From assembly GCF_000247565.1 (NCBI RefSeq), contig NC_016893.1:390001-422000 (forward strand): a stretch of 32,000 nt of DNA, given 5' to 3'. The notes under the pieces are model-generated. The model was given only the letters and a program-made list of their open reading frames with translations. It was not told where the DNA came from and did no database searches. The translations under genes were made by a program, and so were the position numbers. Of the stretch, positions 11,758 to 20,264 are shown one piece after another (within the stretch, counting starts at the first letter, position 1; the number at the start of each line of letters is the position of its first letter). This DNA is from Wigglesworthia glossinidia endosymbiont of Glossina morsitans morsitans (Yale colony) (GTDB lineage: Bacteria > Pseudomonadota > Gammaproteobacteria > Enterobacterales > Enterobacteriaceae).

Positions 11758-13203
11758 ATGATTAGCTATTTTATTGTTGGTTCATTATTAGTAATAATTA
11801 GTATTATACTAAGTTCATTTTCTTCAAGATTGGGGATTCCTATTTTATTGATTTTTTTAGTACTTGGAATGTTAGCTGGCATTGACGGTATAGGGAAAAT
11901 AGATTTTAATGATTATTCTGTTGCTTATACAATAAGTAATTTAGCATTAGCAATTATTTTATTAGATGGAGGCATGAAAACTAAGTTTCAAGCATTTCGA
12001 ATAGCATTGTTGCCAGCTTTATCATTATCTACACTTGGCGTTATTATTACATCAGGACTTACTGGGATCGTTGCAGCATGGATATTTAAGTTAGATATTT
12101 TAGAAGGCATGTTAATTGGTGCTATAATCGGATCAACGGATGCTTCTGCTGTTTTTTCATTATTAGGCAATACAAATCTAAAAGAACATGTAAATGCTAC
12201 ATTAGAGATTGAATCTGGAAGTAACGATCCAATGTCTATGTTTTTAACTACTATACTCATTTCTACTATTCAAAATAAATATCCTACATATGTAAATTTT
12301 ACTGTTTTATTGCATTTATTTTATGAATTTGGATTAGGTATTTTACTTGGATGCATAGGAGGGTGGTGTATATGTAAAATTATTAATCGTTTAAAATTAG
12401 CACATTCTTTATATCCACTTTTAGCTTTAAGTGGAGGAATTATGCTATTTAGTATCACTAATTTATTGCATGGTAGCGGTATTTTATCAGTTTATTTATG
12501 CGGTTTAATGTTAGGCAATTATCCTATTCGTAATCGTTTTGAAATTTTGCAAATGTTTGACGGCATGACATGGTTAAGTCAAATTTGCATGTTTTTAATT
12601 TTAGGATTACTAGTGACTCCTAGCGACTTGTTAAGCATTGCTAAGCCAGCATTATTGTTGTCTTTTTGGATTATTTTTATTGCACGTCCTTTATCTGTAT
12701 TATTTGGGTTATTACCGTTTAAAAAATATTCTAAAAAAGAACTTTTATTTTTGTCTTGGGTAGGTTTAAGGGGAGCTGTACCTATTATTCTTTCGGTATT
12801 TCCTATGATGGCTGGTTTAGATAATGCACGTTTTTATTTTAATGTATCTTTTTTTATTGTTTTAATTTCTTTATTGATACAAGGTACATCAATTAATTTT
12901 GCTGCAAAATTAACCAACGTAATAGCTGAAAAGATGTGTCAACCAATTTTTCGGGGAGGTATAAGTTTTTATCAAGAAAATTCTTGGGAGATATTAATTT
13001 ACCAAATTAAAATTGGAAGTCATTTATCTAATGTTCCAATCAATCAATTAAGTTTGCCACGATTTGTGTATATTGTAGCAATTTTTAGAAAAAATAAATT
13101 TGTTCAAGTTGTTTCTCGAAACGTTTTAAATTGTGAAGATATCGTAATTTTTATAGGAAAAACATCTGCAATATTTAAATTAGAAAAATTGTTTAATAGT
13201 TAA
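11758..13203 (+). CDS. cvrA: K+/H+ antiporter of the NhaP2/CvrA (YcgO) family, shorter than E. coli CvrA
   Basis: 481 aa polytopic membrane protein. SSFSSRLGIPILL, SNLALAIILLDGGM, LEIESGSNDPM and SWVGLRGAVPIIL are colinear with E. coli CvrA. It ends just after the RCK_C-like segment (...KLEKLFNS). Convergent with dadX, as in E. coli. Confidence 0.9.
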   Translation: MISYFIVGSLLVIISIILSSFSSRLGIPILLIFLVLGMLAGIDGIGKIDFNDYSVAYTISNLALAIILLDGGMKTKFQAFRIALLPALSLSTLGVIITSGLTGIVAAWIFKLDILEGMLIGAIIGSTDASAVFSLLGNTNLKEHVNATLEIESGSNDPMSMFLTTILISTIQNKYPTYVNFTVLLHLFYEFGLGILLGCIGGWCICKIINRLKLAHSLYPLLALSGGIMLFSITNLLHGSGILSVYLCGLMLGNYPIRNRFEILQMFDGMTWLSQICMFLILGLLVTPSDLLSIAKPALLLSFWIIFIARPLSVLFGLLPFKKYSKKELLFLSWVGLRGAVPIILSVFPMMAGLDNARFYFNVSFFIVLISLLIQGTSINFAAKLTNVIAEKMCQPIFRGGISFYQENSWEILIYQIKIGSHLSNVPINQLSLPRFVYIVAIFRKNKFVQVVSRNVLNCEDIVIFIGKTSAIFKLEKLFNS

Positions 13204-13231
13204 AATTTTTAATATATTTAAAATACTTATT

Positions 13232-14311
13232 TTATTCAACTTTTACGGATACTCTCGAATTAATTTTACACATTAATTCATAACTAGTTGTTCTTGCTGA
13301 CTGAGCAATATCGTTTATTTTAATATTTTTTCCCCATAATTCTACTTTAGAACCAATTTTAGCATTTGGGCACGGTTTTAAGTCGACTGTTAACATATCC
13401 ATGTATATAGAACCAATTACTTGTGTGCGAATACCATCTACTAATACTGGAGTTCCGCTCGTATTAATGTTATAAGGGTATCCATCTGCGTATCCGCAAG
13501 AAACTATCCCAATAATATTATCAAATTTTGAATAATAATTTTTTCCATATCCAATAAATTTTTTAGAATTTACTTTTTGAATGGCTATTAATTTACTTTC
13601 TAGTGTCATAACTGGTTCAAAATCATCATATTTTTGATCAAAAAAATTTTTTTGAAACGGCAATATTCCATATAATATTATTCCTGGCCTAACCCAAGAC
13701 TTATGAGTTTCAGGATGCAACAAAATTGCCGTCGAATTTGCTAAACATAGTGGAATTTTTTTTATTTTACTAAAAACCGAATCAACAATTTTTAATTGTT
13801 GATGCACAGAACTTTTTGAATAACTATGAGCAAAATGGCTCATTAATGTTAAGCTGGATACTTTTTTTAATTGATATAATTCATTCCATGAATGAATAAA
13901 ATTATTTTTGTTAAATCCTAGTCGGTTCATTCCGCTATTTAATTTTAAATATACATGAATAGGTCGATTTATATTATATTTTTTTAATATATCTATTTGC
14001 CATGTGCTATGTATCACCGTAGTGACTTCGTGTTGACATATTTCGAAAAGCTCTGATTTATTAAAAAATCCAGAAATTAATAGAATTGGTCCTTTCCAGC
14101 CATTTTCTCTTAAAAAAATTGCTTCATTTATTTCTAATACGGCAAACCCGGAAGTTTTGCGTAATCCTTGTAAAGCTGCTTTTATTGTGTGTCCATAAGC
14201 GTTTGCTTTTATAACACACCAAATTTTTGATTTTGGAGCATATTTTTTAACAATATTTAAATTTGACGTAAATGCTTTTAAGTTGATTTTCAATACAGCA
14301 TGTCTTGGCAT
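13232..14311 (-). CDS. dadX: Alanine racemase, DadX-type
   Basis: 359 aa. PLP-lysine motif VIKANAYGH. WKGPILLISGFF and YLKLNSGMNRLGF resemble DadX more than Alr as I recall both. WVRPGIILYG, GYADGYP and YELMC are also present. Adjacent and convergent to cvrA, matching the E. coli dadX-cvrA arrangement. Confidence 0.9.
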   Translation of the reverse strand: MPRHAVLKINLKAFTSNLNIVKKYAPKSKIWCVIKANAYGHTIKAALQGLRKTSGFAVLEINEAIFLRENGWKGPILLISGFFNKSELFEICQHEVTTVIHSTWQIDILKKYNINRPIHVYLKLNSGMNRLGFNKNNFIHSWNELYQLKKVSSLTLMSHFAHSYSKSSVHQQLKIVDSVFSKIKKIPLCLANSTAILLHPETHKSWVRPGIILYGILPFQKNFFDQKYDDFEPVMTLESKLIAIQKVNSKKFIGYGKNYYSKFDNIIGIVSCGYADGYPYNINTSGTPVLVDGIRTQVIGSIYMDMLTVDLKPCPNAKIGSKVELWGKNIKINDIAQSARTTSYELMCKINSRVSVKVE

Positions 14312-14601
14312 TTTTAATTCTCTATAAATATTTTAAATATAAAAGATTTTTAACTAAAAAATTTATGCATTTTAATGTATTACAAATTATAATATTTTAA
14401 TAAAGTTATAATATATATGTTATCATATTATTTCGATTTTTAATATTTAACATCATATAAATTTAAAATTTTTATATATTTCAAGAATTTTGAAGCATTT
14501 AATTTTGTATAAAATTTTTGTTTTAAATATAAACAAATTTTTATATAAATTAATTATTATATAAAATATTTTTAAATATTAAAATTTATAAACTAAAAAA
14601 C

Positions 14602-14623
14602 AAAAAAATTATATAATTTTTTT
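14602..14623. repeat. Perfect 22-nt A/T palindrome AAAAAAATTATATAATTTTTTT, 40 nt upstream of the minC start
   Basis: Read directly: the sequence equals its own reverse complement. A partial direct copy, AAAAATTATATA, recurs at 14626-14637. It contains TATAAT. The function is unproven, and chance occurrence in A/T-only DNA is plausible. Confidence 0.4.
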
Positions 14624-14662
14624 AGAAAAATTATATATAATATATAAAACGTTAAACGTTCT

Positions 14663-15364
14663 ATGTCAAATAAATCTTATGTAAAATTTTCAGTTGAACA
14701 TTTTTCATCTTTAGTATTATACGTATATAATTTAAAAATAAAAACAATTGAAAAAATTATAAATAAAAAAATTAAACAATTTCCTAATTTTTTTAAAAAT
14801 ATACCTTGTATTATAGATGTTTCTAATTTAACTGAACATGATTATTTATATTGGCAAGAAGCTTATCATAGTATTTTAAACACAGGACTATATATTATTG
14901 GCGTAAGTGGATACATCAATAACAAATGGAAGCTAGCTTTAATTAAAAGTAATATACCAATCTTAAATAAAAAAAGATCAATTGATAAAAATTTTTCTTC
15001 AAAACCAGAAAAATACAAAAAAATTTATAGCGATTTTGTTGTTGATAAACCGGTGCGATCCGGACAAATTATATATGCAAAAAATAAAAATTTAATAATT
15101 ATAAATACTGTAAGTTCAGGTGCTGAAATAATTGCAGACGGCAACATTCACGTGTACGGAACTTTACGTGGAAAAGCTTTTGCAGGAGTAGGAGAAGCAG
15201 ATAGTCAAAAATGTCAAATTTTTTGTACGCAATTGTTAGCAGAATGCATATCAATCGCAGGTAAATTTTGGATTAATGAAGATATTCCAAAATCAAATTT
15301 AGGAAAATCTGCAAGATTTTTTTTAAAAAAAAATATATTAACTATTCAAAAATTTAGTTTGTAA
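14663..15364 (+). CDS. minC: Septum site-determining protein MinC
   Basis: 233 aa. C-terminal domain VRSGQIIYAKNKNLIIINTVSSGAEIIADGNIHVYGTLRGKAFAG matches E. coli MinC. The N-terminal domain is diverged. First gene of minCDE. Confidence 0.9.
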   Translation: MSNKSYVKFSVEHFSSLVLYVYNLKIKTIEKIINKKIKQFPNFFKNIPCIIDVSNLTEHDYLYWQEAYHSILNTGLYIIGVSGYINNKWKLALIKSNIPILNKKRSIDKNFSSKPEKYKKIYSDFVVDKPVRSGQIIYAKNKNLIIINTVSSGAEIIADGNIHVYGTLRGKAFAGVGEADSQKCQIFCTQLLAECISIAGKFWINEDIPKSNLGKSARFFLKKNILTIQKFSL

Positions 15365-15374
15365 GGAAATAATT

Positions 15375-16208
15375 ATGACAAAAATTTTAGCAATTACTTC
15401 AGGAAAAGGAGGAGTGGGAAAAACTACGTCTAGTGCTTCAATAGCGACAGGTTTAGCTATTTTAAAAAAAAAAACAGTGGTGATTGATTTCGATGTTGGA
15501 TTAAGAAATCTTGATTTAATTATGGGATGTGAAAGAAGAGTGGTATATGATTTAGTTAATGTTATTCAAGGAGAAGCATCATTAAATCAAGCTTTAATTA
15601 AAGATAAATACACTGATAAATTGTATATTTTACCAGCTTCTCAAACAAAAGATAAAAATATATTAACACATGAATCTATTAGTATTATGTTAAAAAATTT
15701 GCAAGATATGCAATTTGATTTTATTATATGTGATTCTCCGGCAGGAATTGAAAAAGGCGCTCTTCTTTCTTTTTATTTTGCGGATGAAGCAATTGTTATT
15801 ACAAATCCAGAGATATCATCTGTACGTGATTCAGATCGAATTTTAGGTATGTTATCTTCAAAATCTTATCGAGCTGAAAACAATCTTGAACCTATAAAAG
15901 AACACTTATTATTAACACGATATAATGTAAAGCGTGTAATTAATGGCGATATGTTAAGTGCAGAAGACGTAATTGATATTTTACGTATTCCTCTATTAGG
16001 TATAATACCCGAAGATACATCTATCTTAAAAGCTTCCAATCAAGGTAAACCTATTATTTTGGATAATAAGTCACAAGCAGGTCAAGCTTATAAAAAAGTA
16101 TCACGTCGATTATTAGGAGAAGAATGTACTTTCAATATATTAAAAAAAGAAAAAAAAATAGGCATAATTAGACGATTATTTTATGGAATTAAACATGGTA
16201 TTACTTAA
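15375..16208 (+). CDS. minD: Septum site-determining ATPase MinD
   Basis: 277 aa. Deviant Walker A SGKGGVGKTT; IDFDVGLRNLDLIMG, CDSPAGIE and ITNPEISSVRDSDR. AAGGAA upstream of the ATG. C-terminal amphipathic KKIGIIRRLF segment. Confidence 0.96.
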   Translation: MTKILAITSGKGGVGKTTSSASIATGLAILKKKTVVIDFDVGLRNLDLIMGCERRVVYDLVNVIQGEASLNQALIKDKYTDKLYILPASQTKDKNILTHESISIMLKNLQDMQFDFIICDSPAGIEKGALLSFYFADEAIVITNPEISSVRDSDRILGMLSSKSYRAENNLEPIKEHLLLTRYNVKRVINGDMLSAEDVIDILRIPLLGIIPEDTSILKASNQGKPIILDNKSQAGQAYKKVSRRLLGEECTFNILKKEKKIGIIRRLFYGIKHGIT

Positions 16209-16476
16209 TTTTTTTATATCTCGAAAAAAAATGACTGCTCATACAGCCAAAAAACGCCTAAAAATTATTATTGAAGAACAAAGAAAAAATGCAATCAAAC
16301 CAGTATATGTACAATTAAAAAAAGATCTTAAAAGAGTTATTGGAAAATATTTTAATATAAATCCGAATACATTGTCTATTAAATTAGAACATAAAAATCA
16401 TAAAGATTTACAAATATTTGAATTAAATATTATTTTACCAAAAGAACATAAAACAACAAATGTTGTGAGTGAATAA
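16195..16476 (+). CDS. minE: Cell division topological specificity factor MinE
   Basis: MVLLNFFISRKK...AKKRLKIII...ELNIILP aligns with E. coli MALLDFFLSRKK...ELNVTLP. The start is therefore placed at ATG 16195, not at the ORF-track ATG 16183. Overlaps the minD end by 14 nt. Confidence 0.9.
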   Translation: MVLLNFFISRKKMTAHTAKKRLKIIIEEQRKNAIKPVYVQLKKDLKRVIGKYFNINPNTLSIKLEHKNHKDLQIFELNIILPKEHKTTNVVSE

Positions 16477-16493
16477 TATATTTTTTAATTGAA

Positions 16494-17162
16494 CTAAAAA
16501 TTAAAAAAATTTTTCTTATAAAGAAGTTCTTTACATAAAAAATTTTTTTTATGAGAGAAACAAAAATTAGCTAGTGTCACAATATCTTGTGAACTGGAAA
16601 AAATATTTTTAACATAAACAATGTTCGCATTAATTTGAACAAAATTTTTTAGTGATTGATATTTTTCCCAACTATTTCCCGATATTATCTGGATATTAGG
16701 TATATAATAGATTAGAGACAATAGTTTTTTTGGCGTAGAAAAATGTTCTTTTAATATTTCTATTGTATTATTATCTTTTTGGTAAACAGCCCAATTAATT
16801 AAATTTTTACTAAAATTAATAGCAATTAATACTTTTTTACAATTAGTATGTGTAAAAATTTTTTGTGCTAATATGTGTAAAGCAGATATACCTAAAACAG
16901 GTAAATTGTTAGCAAAAGATAATCCTTGTATAATTGCAATGCTAATACGTAACCCTAATAAACTTCCTGGGCCTTTATTAAATACAAAATAATTAACATT
17001 TGAAAGTAATAAATTAACATCATGTAAAGTTTTTTTAATTGCATATAAAATATATTTTGTATTTTCTTTTTTTATCGCTTTATATTCAGTAGAAATTTTG
17101 TTATTTTTCATGCAAGTAACTGAATATATTTGATTTGTAAAATCTAGTGCAAGAAAATTCAT
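16494..17162 (-). CDS. tsaB: tRNA N6-threonylcarbamoyladenosine modification protein TsaB (YeaZ)
   Basis: 222 aa. N-terminal LALDFT and the core GPGSLLGLRISIAIIQGLSFANNLPVLGISAL match the YeaZ/TsaB signature GPGSFTG(V/L)RIG. The rest is strongly diverged. TAG stop. Confidence 0.8.
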   Translation of the reverse strand: MNFLALDFTNQIYSVTCMKNNKISTEYKAIKKENTKYILYAIKKTLHDVNLLLSNVNYFVFNKGPGSLLGLRISIAIIQGLSFANNLPVLGISALHILAQKIFTHTNCKKVLIAINFSKNLINWAVYQKDNNTIEILKEHFSTPKKLLSLIYYIPNIQIISGNSWEKYQSLKNFVQINANIVYVKNIFSSSQDIVTLANFCFSHKKNFLCKELLYKKNFFNF

Positions 17163-17175
17163 AAAATAAAATCTC

Positions 17176-17982
17176 TTAAATATTCATTTTTATCCAAATT
17201 GGGACATGATCTGATGCAGTATGAATTAATCGAATATGATATAGTATACCAGAAGATTGAATATACTTTAATATATTATGAGTGGCTAAAAACAAATCAA
17301 TTCTTAAACCGATATTTTTTAAATACCCTTGCGATCGATAATCAAACCAAGAATAAAAATTTTTTTTTTGAGGATATAAATAACGAAATACGTCTTTAAA
17401 TCCTAATTGAAATAAGTTATTCAACCACATTCTTTCTTCAGGTAAGAATGCACATTTTTTTAAATTTAACCATTGCTTGTACGAATTTACACTTAATCCG
17501 ATATCTAGGTCTGTTGGACTAATATTCATATCCCCCATAATTAAAATATGAGCATTTTTTTCACAATTTCTTTTTAAAAAAAGATATAATTTTTGATAAA
17601 AAAATTTTTTTTCTTCAAATTTATCTGTCTTATAGAAAGACTCTCCATGAGGCGCATATATGTTGATTACAATAAGTTTTTTAATTTTTTTTGTTTTTAA
17701 TTCAATCGCAATCACACGGCGTTGCCTATTGTCATAATTATACAGTCCTCGAAATGTTTTTTGAATTTTAATTCGACTTAAGAACGCAACTCCGTGATAT
17801 TGTTTTTGTCCATATACATGTGCTCGATATCCATATTGTAAAAATTTTTTCTCTGGAAAATATTCTTCTTGCGTTTTAATTTCTTGCAATCCGATAATTT
17901 CAGGATAAATAGATCGCATGATAAATAATACTTGTTTTTCATGAGCTCTTACTCCATTGATATTAAAAGATATAAATTGCAT
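17176..17982 (-). CDS. xthA: Exodeoxyribonuclease III (AP endonuclease) XthA
   Basis: 268 aa, the length I recall for E. coli. SFNINGVRAH, IGLQEIK, GDMNISPTDLDIG, SWFDYRS, GLRIDL and SDHVPIW. Confidence 0.93.
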   Translation of the reverse strand: MQFISFNINGVRAHEKQVLFIMRSIYPEIIGLQEIKTQEEYFPEKKFLQYGYRAHVYGQKQYHGVAFLSRIKIQKTFRGLYNYDNRQRRVIAIELKTKKIKKLIVINIYAPHGESFYKTDKFEEKKFFYQKLYLFLKRNCEKNAHILIMGDMNISPTDLDIGLSVNSYKQWLNLKKCAFLPEERMWLNNLFQLGFKDVFRYLYPQKKNFYSWFDYRSQGYLKNIGLRIDLFLATHNILKYIQSSGILYHIRLIHTASDHVPIWIKMNI

Positions 17983-18073
17983 ATATAATTCATTTATATA
18001 AATTTTTTTATTAATTTTATTATATGTTAAATATTTTAAAATGTTATTAAAATAATTTTTAATATATTAATAT

Positions 18074-18943
18074 TTAAAAAATTATTGTACGATTTTTAAA
18101 TATTAGAACACGATTAGAAAATATTAAATAAAGTGCGCGATTAAGAACGTATTGTTCCATGTCGTGTCCAATTCGAATCATATCGTTTAAAGAATAAGTA
18201 TGATCAATATGAACAACATCTTGGAATATTATTGGACCTGAATCTAAATAATTATTTACGTAATGTGCAGTAGCTCCAATAATTTTTACCCCTCTTTTGT
18301 AAGCTTGCAAGTAAGGTTTAGCTCCTGTAAATGATGGTAAAATTGAATGATGTACATTTATAATTTTATTATGATAACTTTGCACAAATTTGGATGTTAA
18401 TATGCGCATATACTTTGCTAAAATAATATAATCTGGTTTAAATTTTTTACTTATTTCTAAAATTTTATTACTATGTTCTTCATTGCTTAACATATAATGA
18501 TCAATATAATAATATGGAATATGAAATAATTTTACTAGTGGCTTAAGAATTTTATGATTGCTTATTATTGCTAATATATCAGCATATAAATGACCAAATT
18601 TTTTTTTAATTAATAAGTTTCCGATGCAGTGTGATTCTTTAGTTGCTAATAATATAATTTTTGGTTTTTTTACATTATGACAGTTAATTTCTAATTCTGA
18701 TGGAAGTAAATTATGAAAATCATATAAAAATGAACAATCTTGAAAATATCCTTGAATTGATAAACGTATAAAAAATATATTTATTTCTGTATCTAGATAA
18801 GTAGAAATTTCTAAAATTTCTAGAGATTGATTAGAACATATTTTCATAATTTTGTTAATTATGTTTGTTTGATATTTGCAAGTAATAAATACAACTTTTT
18901 TTTTGAGACATTCTATATTTACATTTTTATTAAAAATAGACAT
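18074..18943 (-). CDS. purU: Formyltetrahydrofolate deformylase PurU
   Basis: 289 aa. ACT-like N-terminal region followed by a formyltransferase domain: ILAKYMRILT, IINVHHSILPSFTGAKPYLQAYKRGVKIIGATAHYV. Confidence 0.9.
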   Translation of the reverse strand: MSIFNKNVNIECLKKKVVFITCKYQTNIINKIMKICSNQSLEILEISTYLDTEINIFFIRLSIQGYFQDCSFLYDFHNLLPSELEINCHNVKKPKIILLATKESHCIGNLLIKKKFGHLYADILAIISNHKILKPLVKLFHIPYYYIDHYMLSNEEHSNKILEISKKFKPDYIILAKYMRILTSKFVQSYHNKIINVHHSILPSFTGAKPYLQAYKRGVKIIGATAHYVNNYLDSGPIIFQDVVHIDHTYSLNDMIRIGHDMEQYVLNRALYLIFSNRVLIFKNRTIIF

Positions 18944-19316
18944 AAATCAATTTATATAAATTTTTATAATTAAATAGAAATAATCAATTTTATTTTTCAT
19001 ATATAGATGTTATTAAGAAATATTTTAATCAAAATATAATTTTTTTAACTGCAAGATATGATGTAATATTTATATGATATAAATTATATTAAATTTATAA
19101 AAATCACTTTTATCTTATTTTTACACTATAAAAAAAATTAAATTTTAAATTTATATCAAAAAATTAATATAAAAATTTAAAGAAACATATTTTTCAAATT
19201 TATTAAAATATATTGATATAATTAACAAATAAGAACTTTTTAAATAAATTTAAGTAATTTTTTTAACATATAAATATTACTTTTTAATTTTAATTAAAAA
19301 TCTTTAAATTTAAATA

Positions 19317-20207
19317 ATGACAACAAAAAAAATAAATACTGTTATTATTCCAGCAGCTGGATTAGGTACACGCATGCTGCCTATTACTGCAACAATTCCA
19401 AAAGAAATGTTGCCAATCGTCGATATTCCATTAATTCAATATTCTATTAATGAATGTATTTTATCTGGATTATACAATATTATATTAATCACAAAATCTT
19501 GCAAATATTTAATTGAAAGTTATCTTGATTGTAATATTAACATATATAAATTTTTAGAAAAAAAAAGACAATCTGATATATTTTCTAAAATAAAATTAGT
19601 TTATCCATCATACGTAACAATCACATATATTCATCAAAAAAATATAAACGGATTAGGTAATGCGATTTTGTCTGCATTTCCTATAATTAAAAATCAACCA
19701 TTTGCTGTTGTACTACCCGATATTATTATTAATGAATACACTTCAAATTTAAAAAAAGATAATTTATCTGCCATGCTAAAACGTTTTCAAAATACAGGAA
19801 GAAGTCAAATATTAGTGAAAAAAGTACGTAATTTTCAAAATTATGGCATAGTATATTGTGAAAAAAAAAGTATGCATTTTAATAAACACGCAAAAATTAT
19901 TAAAGTCATCGAAAAACCTAATATAAATAACAACTTTTCAAATTTGTCTATTGTAGGACGATATGTATTTTCTAAAAATATTTGGAAAAAATTAAAAAAA
20001 ATAAAACCAGGAAAAAATGAAGAATTTCAATTAACAGACGCTATCGACTTGTTAATACAAGATGAAATTGTAGAGGCATATCCTATAATAGGATTAAGTC
20101 ATGATTGTGGAAATAAATTAGGATATATGCAAGCTTTTGTGCAATATGGTTTATATCATAAAAAATTTGGAAAAATTTTTAAAAAATGGATAAAGTCTAT
20201 AATATAG
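19317..20207 (+). CDS. galU: UTP-glucose-1-phosphate uridylyltransferase GalU
   Basis: 296 aa. IPAAGLGTRMLPITATIPKEMLPIVD, GLGNAIL, VEKP and GRYVF motifs of GalU. Confidence 0.93.
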   Translation: MTTKKINTVIIPAAGLGTRMLPITATIPKEMLPIVDIPLIQYSINECILSGLYNIILITKSCKYLIESYLDCNINIYKFLEKKRQSDIFSKIKLVYPSYVTITYIHQKNINGLGNAILSAFPIIKNQPFAVVLPDIIINEYTSNLKKDNLSAMLKRFQNTGRSQILVKKVRNFQNYGIVYCEKKSMHFNKHAKIIKVIEKPNINNNFSNLSIVGRYVFSKNIWKKLKKIKPGKNEEFQLTDAIDLLIQDEIVEAYPIIGLSHDCGNKLGYMQAFVQYGLYHKKFGKIFKKWIKSII

Positions 20208-20264
20208 AAAATAATTATAATAAATAAAAAAGTACAAATTTTTGTAATCTTAGGAAATTATAAA

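Noticed and set aside
17190-17198. DnaA-box-like TTATCCAAA
   Set aside because: It is a single 8-of-9 match located inside the xthA coding region, with no cluster of boxes or adjacent AT-rich unwinding element distinguishable from background.
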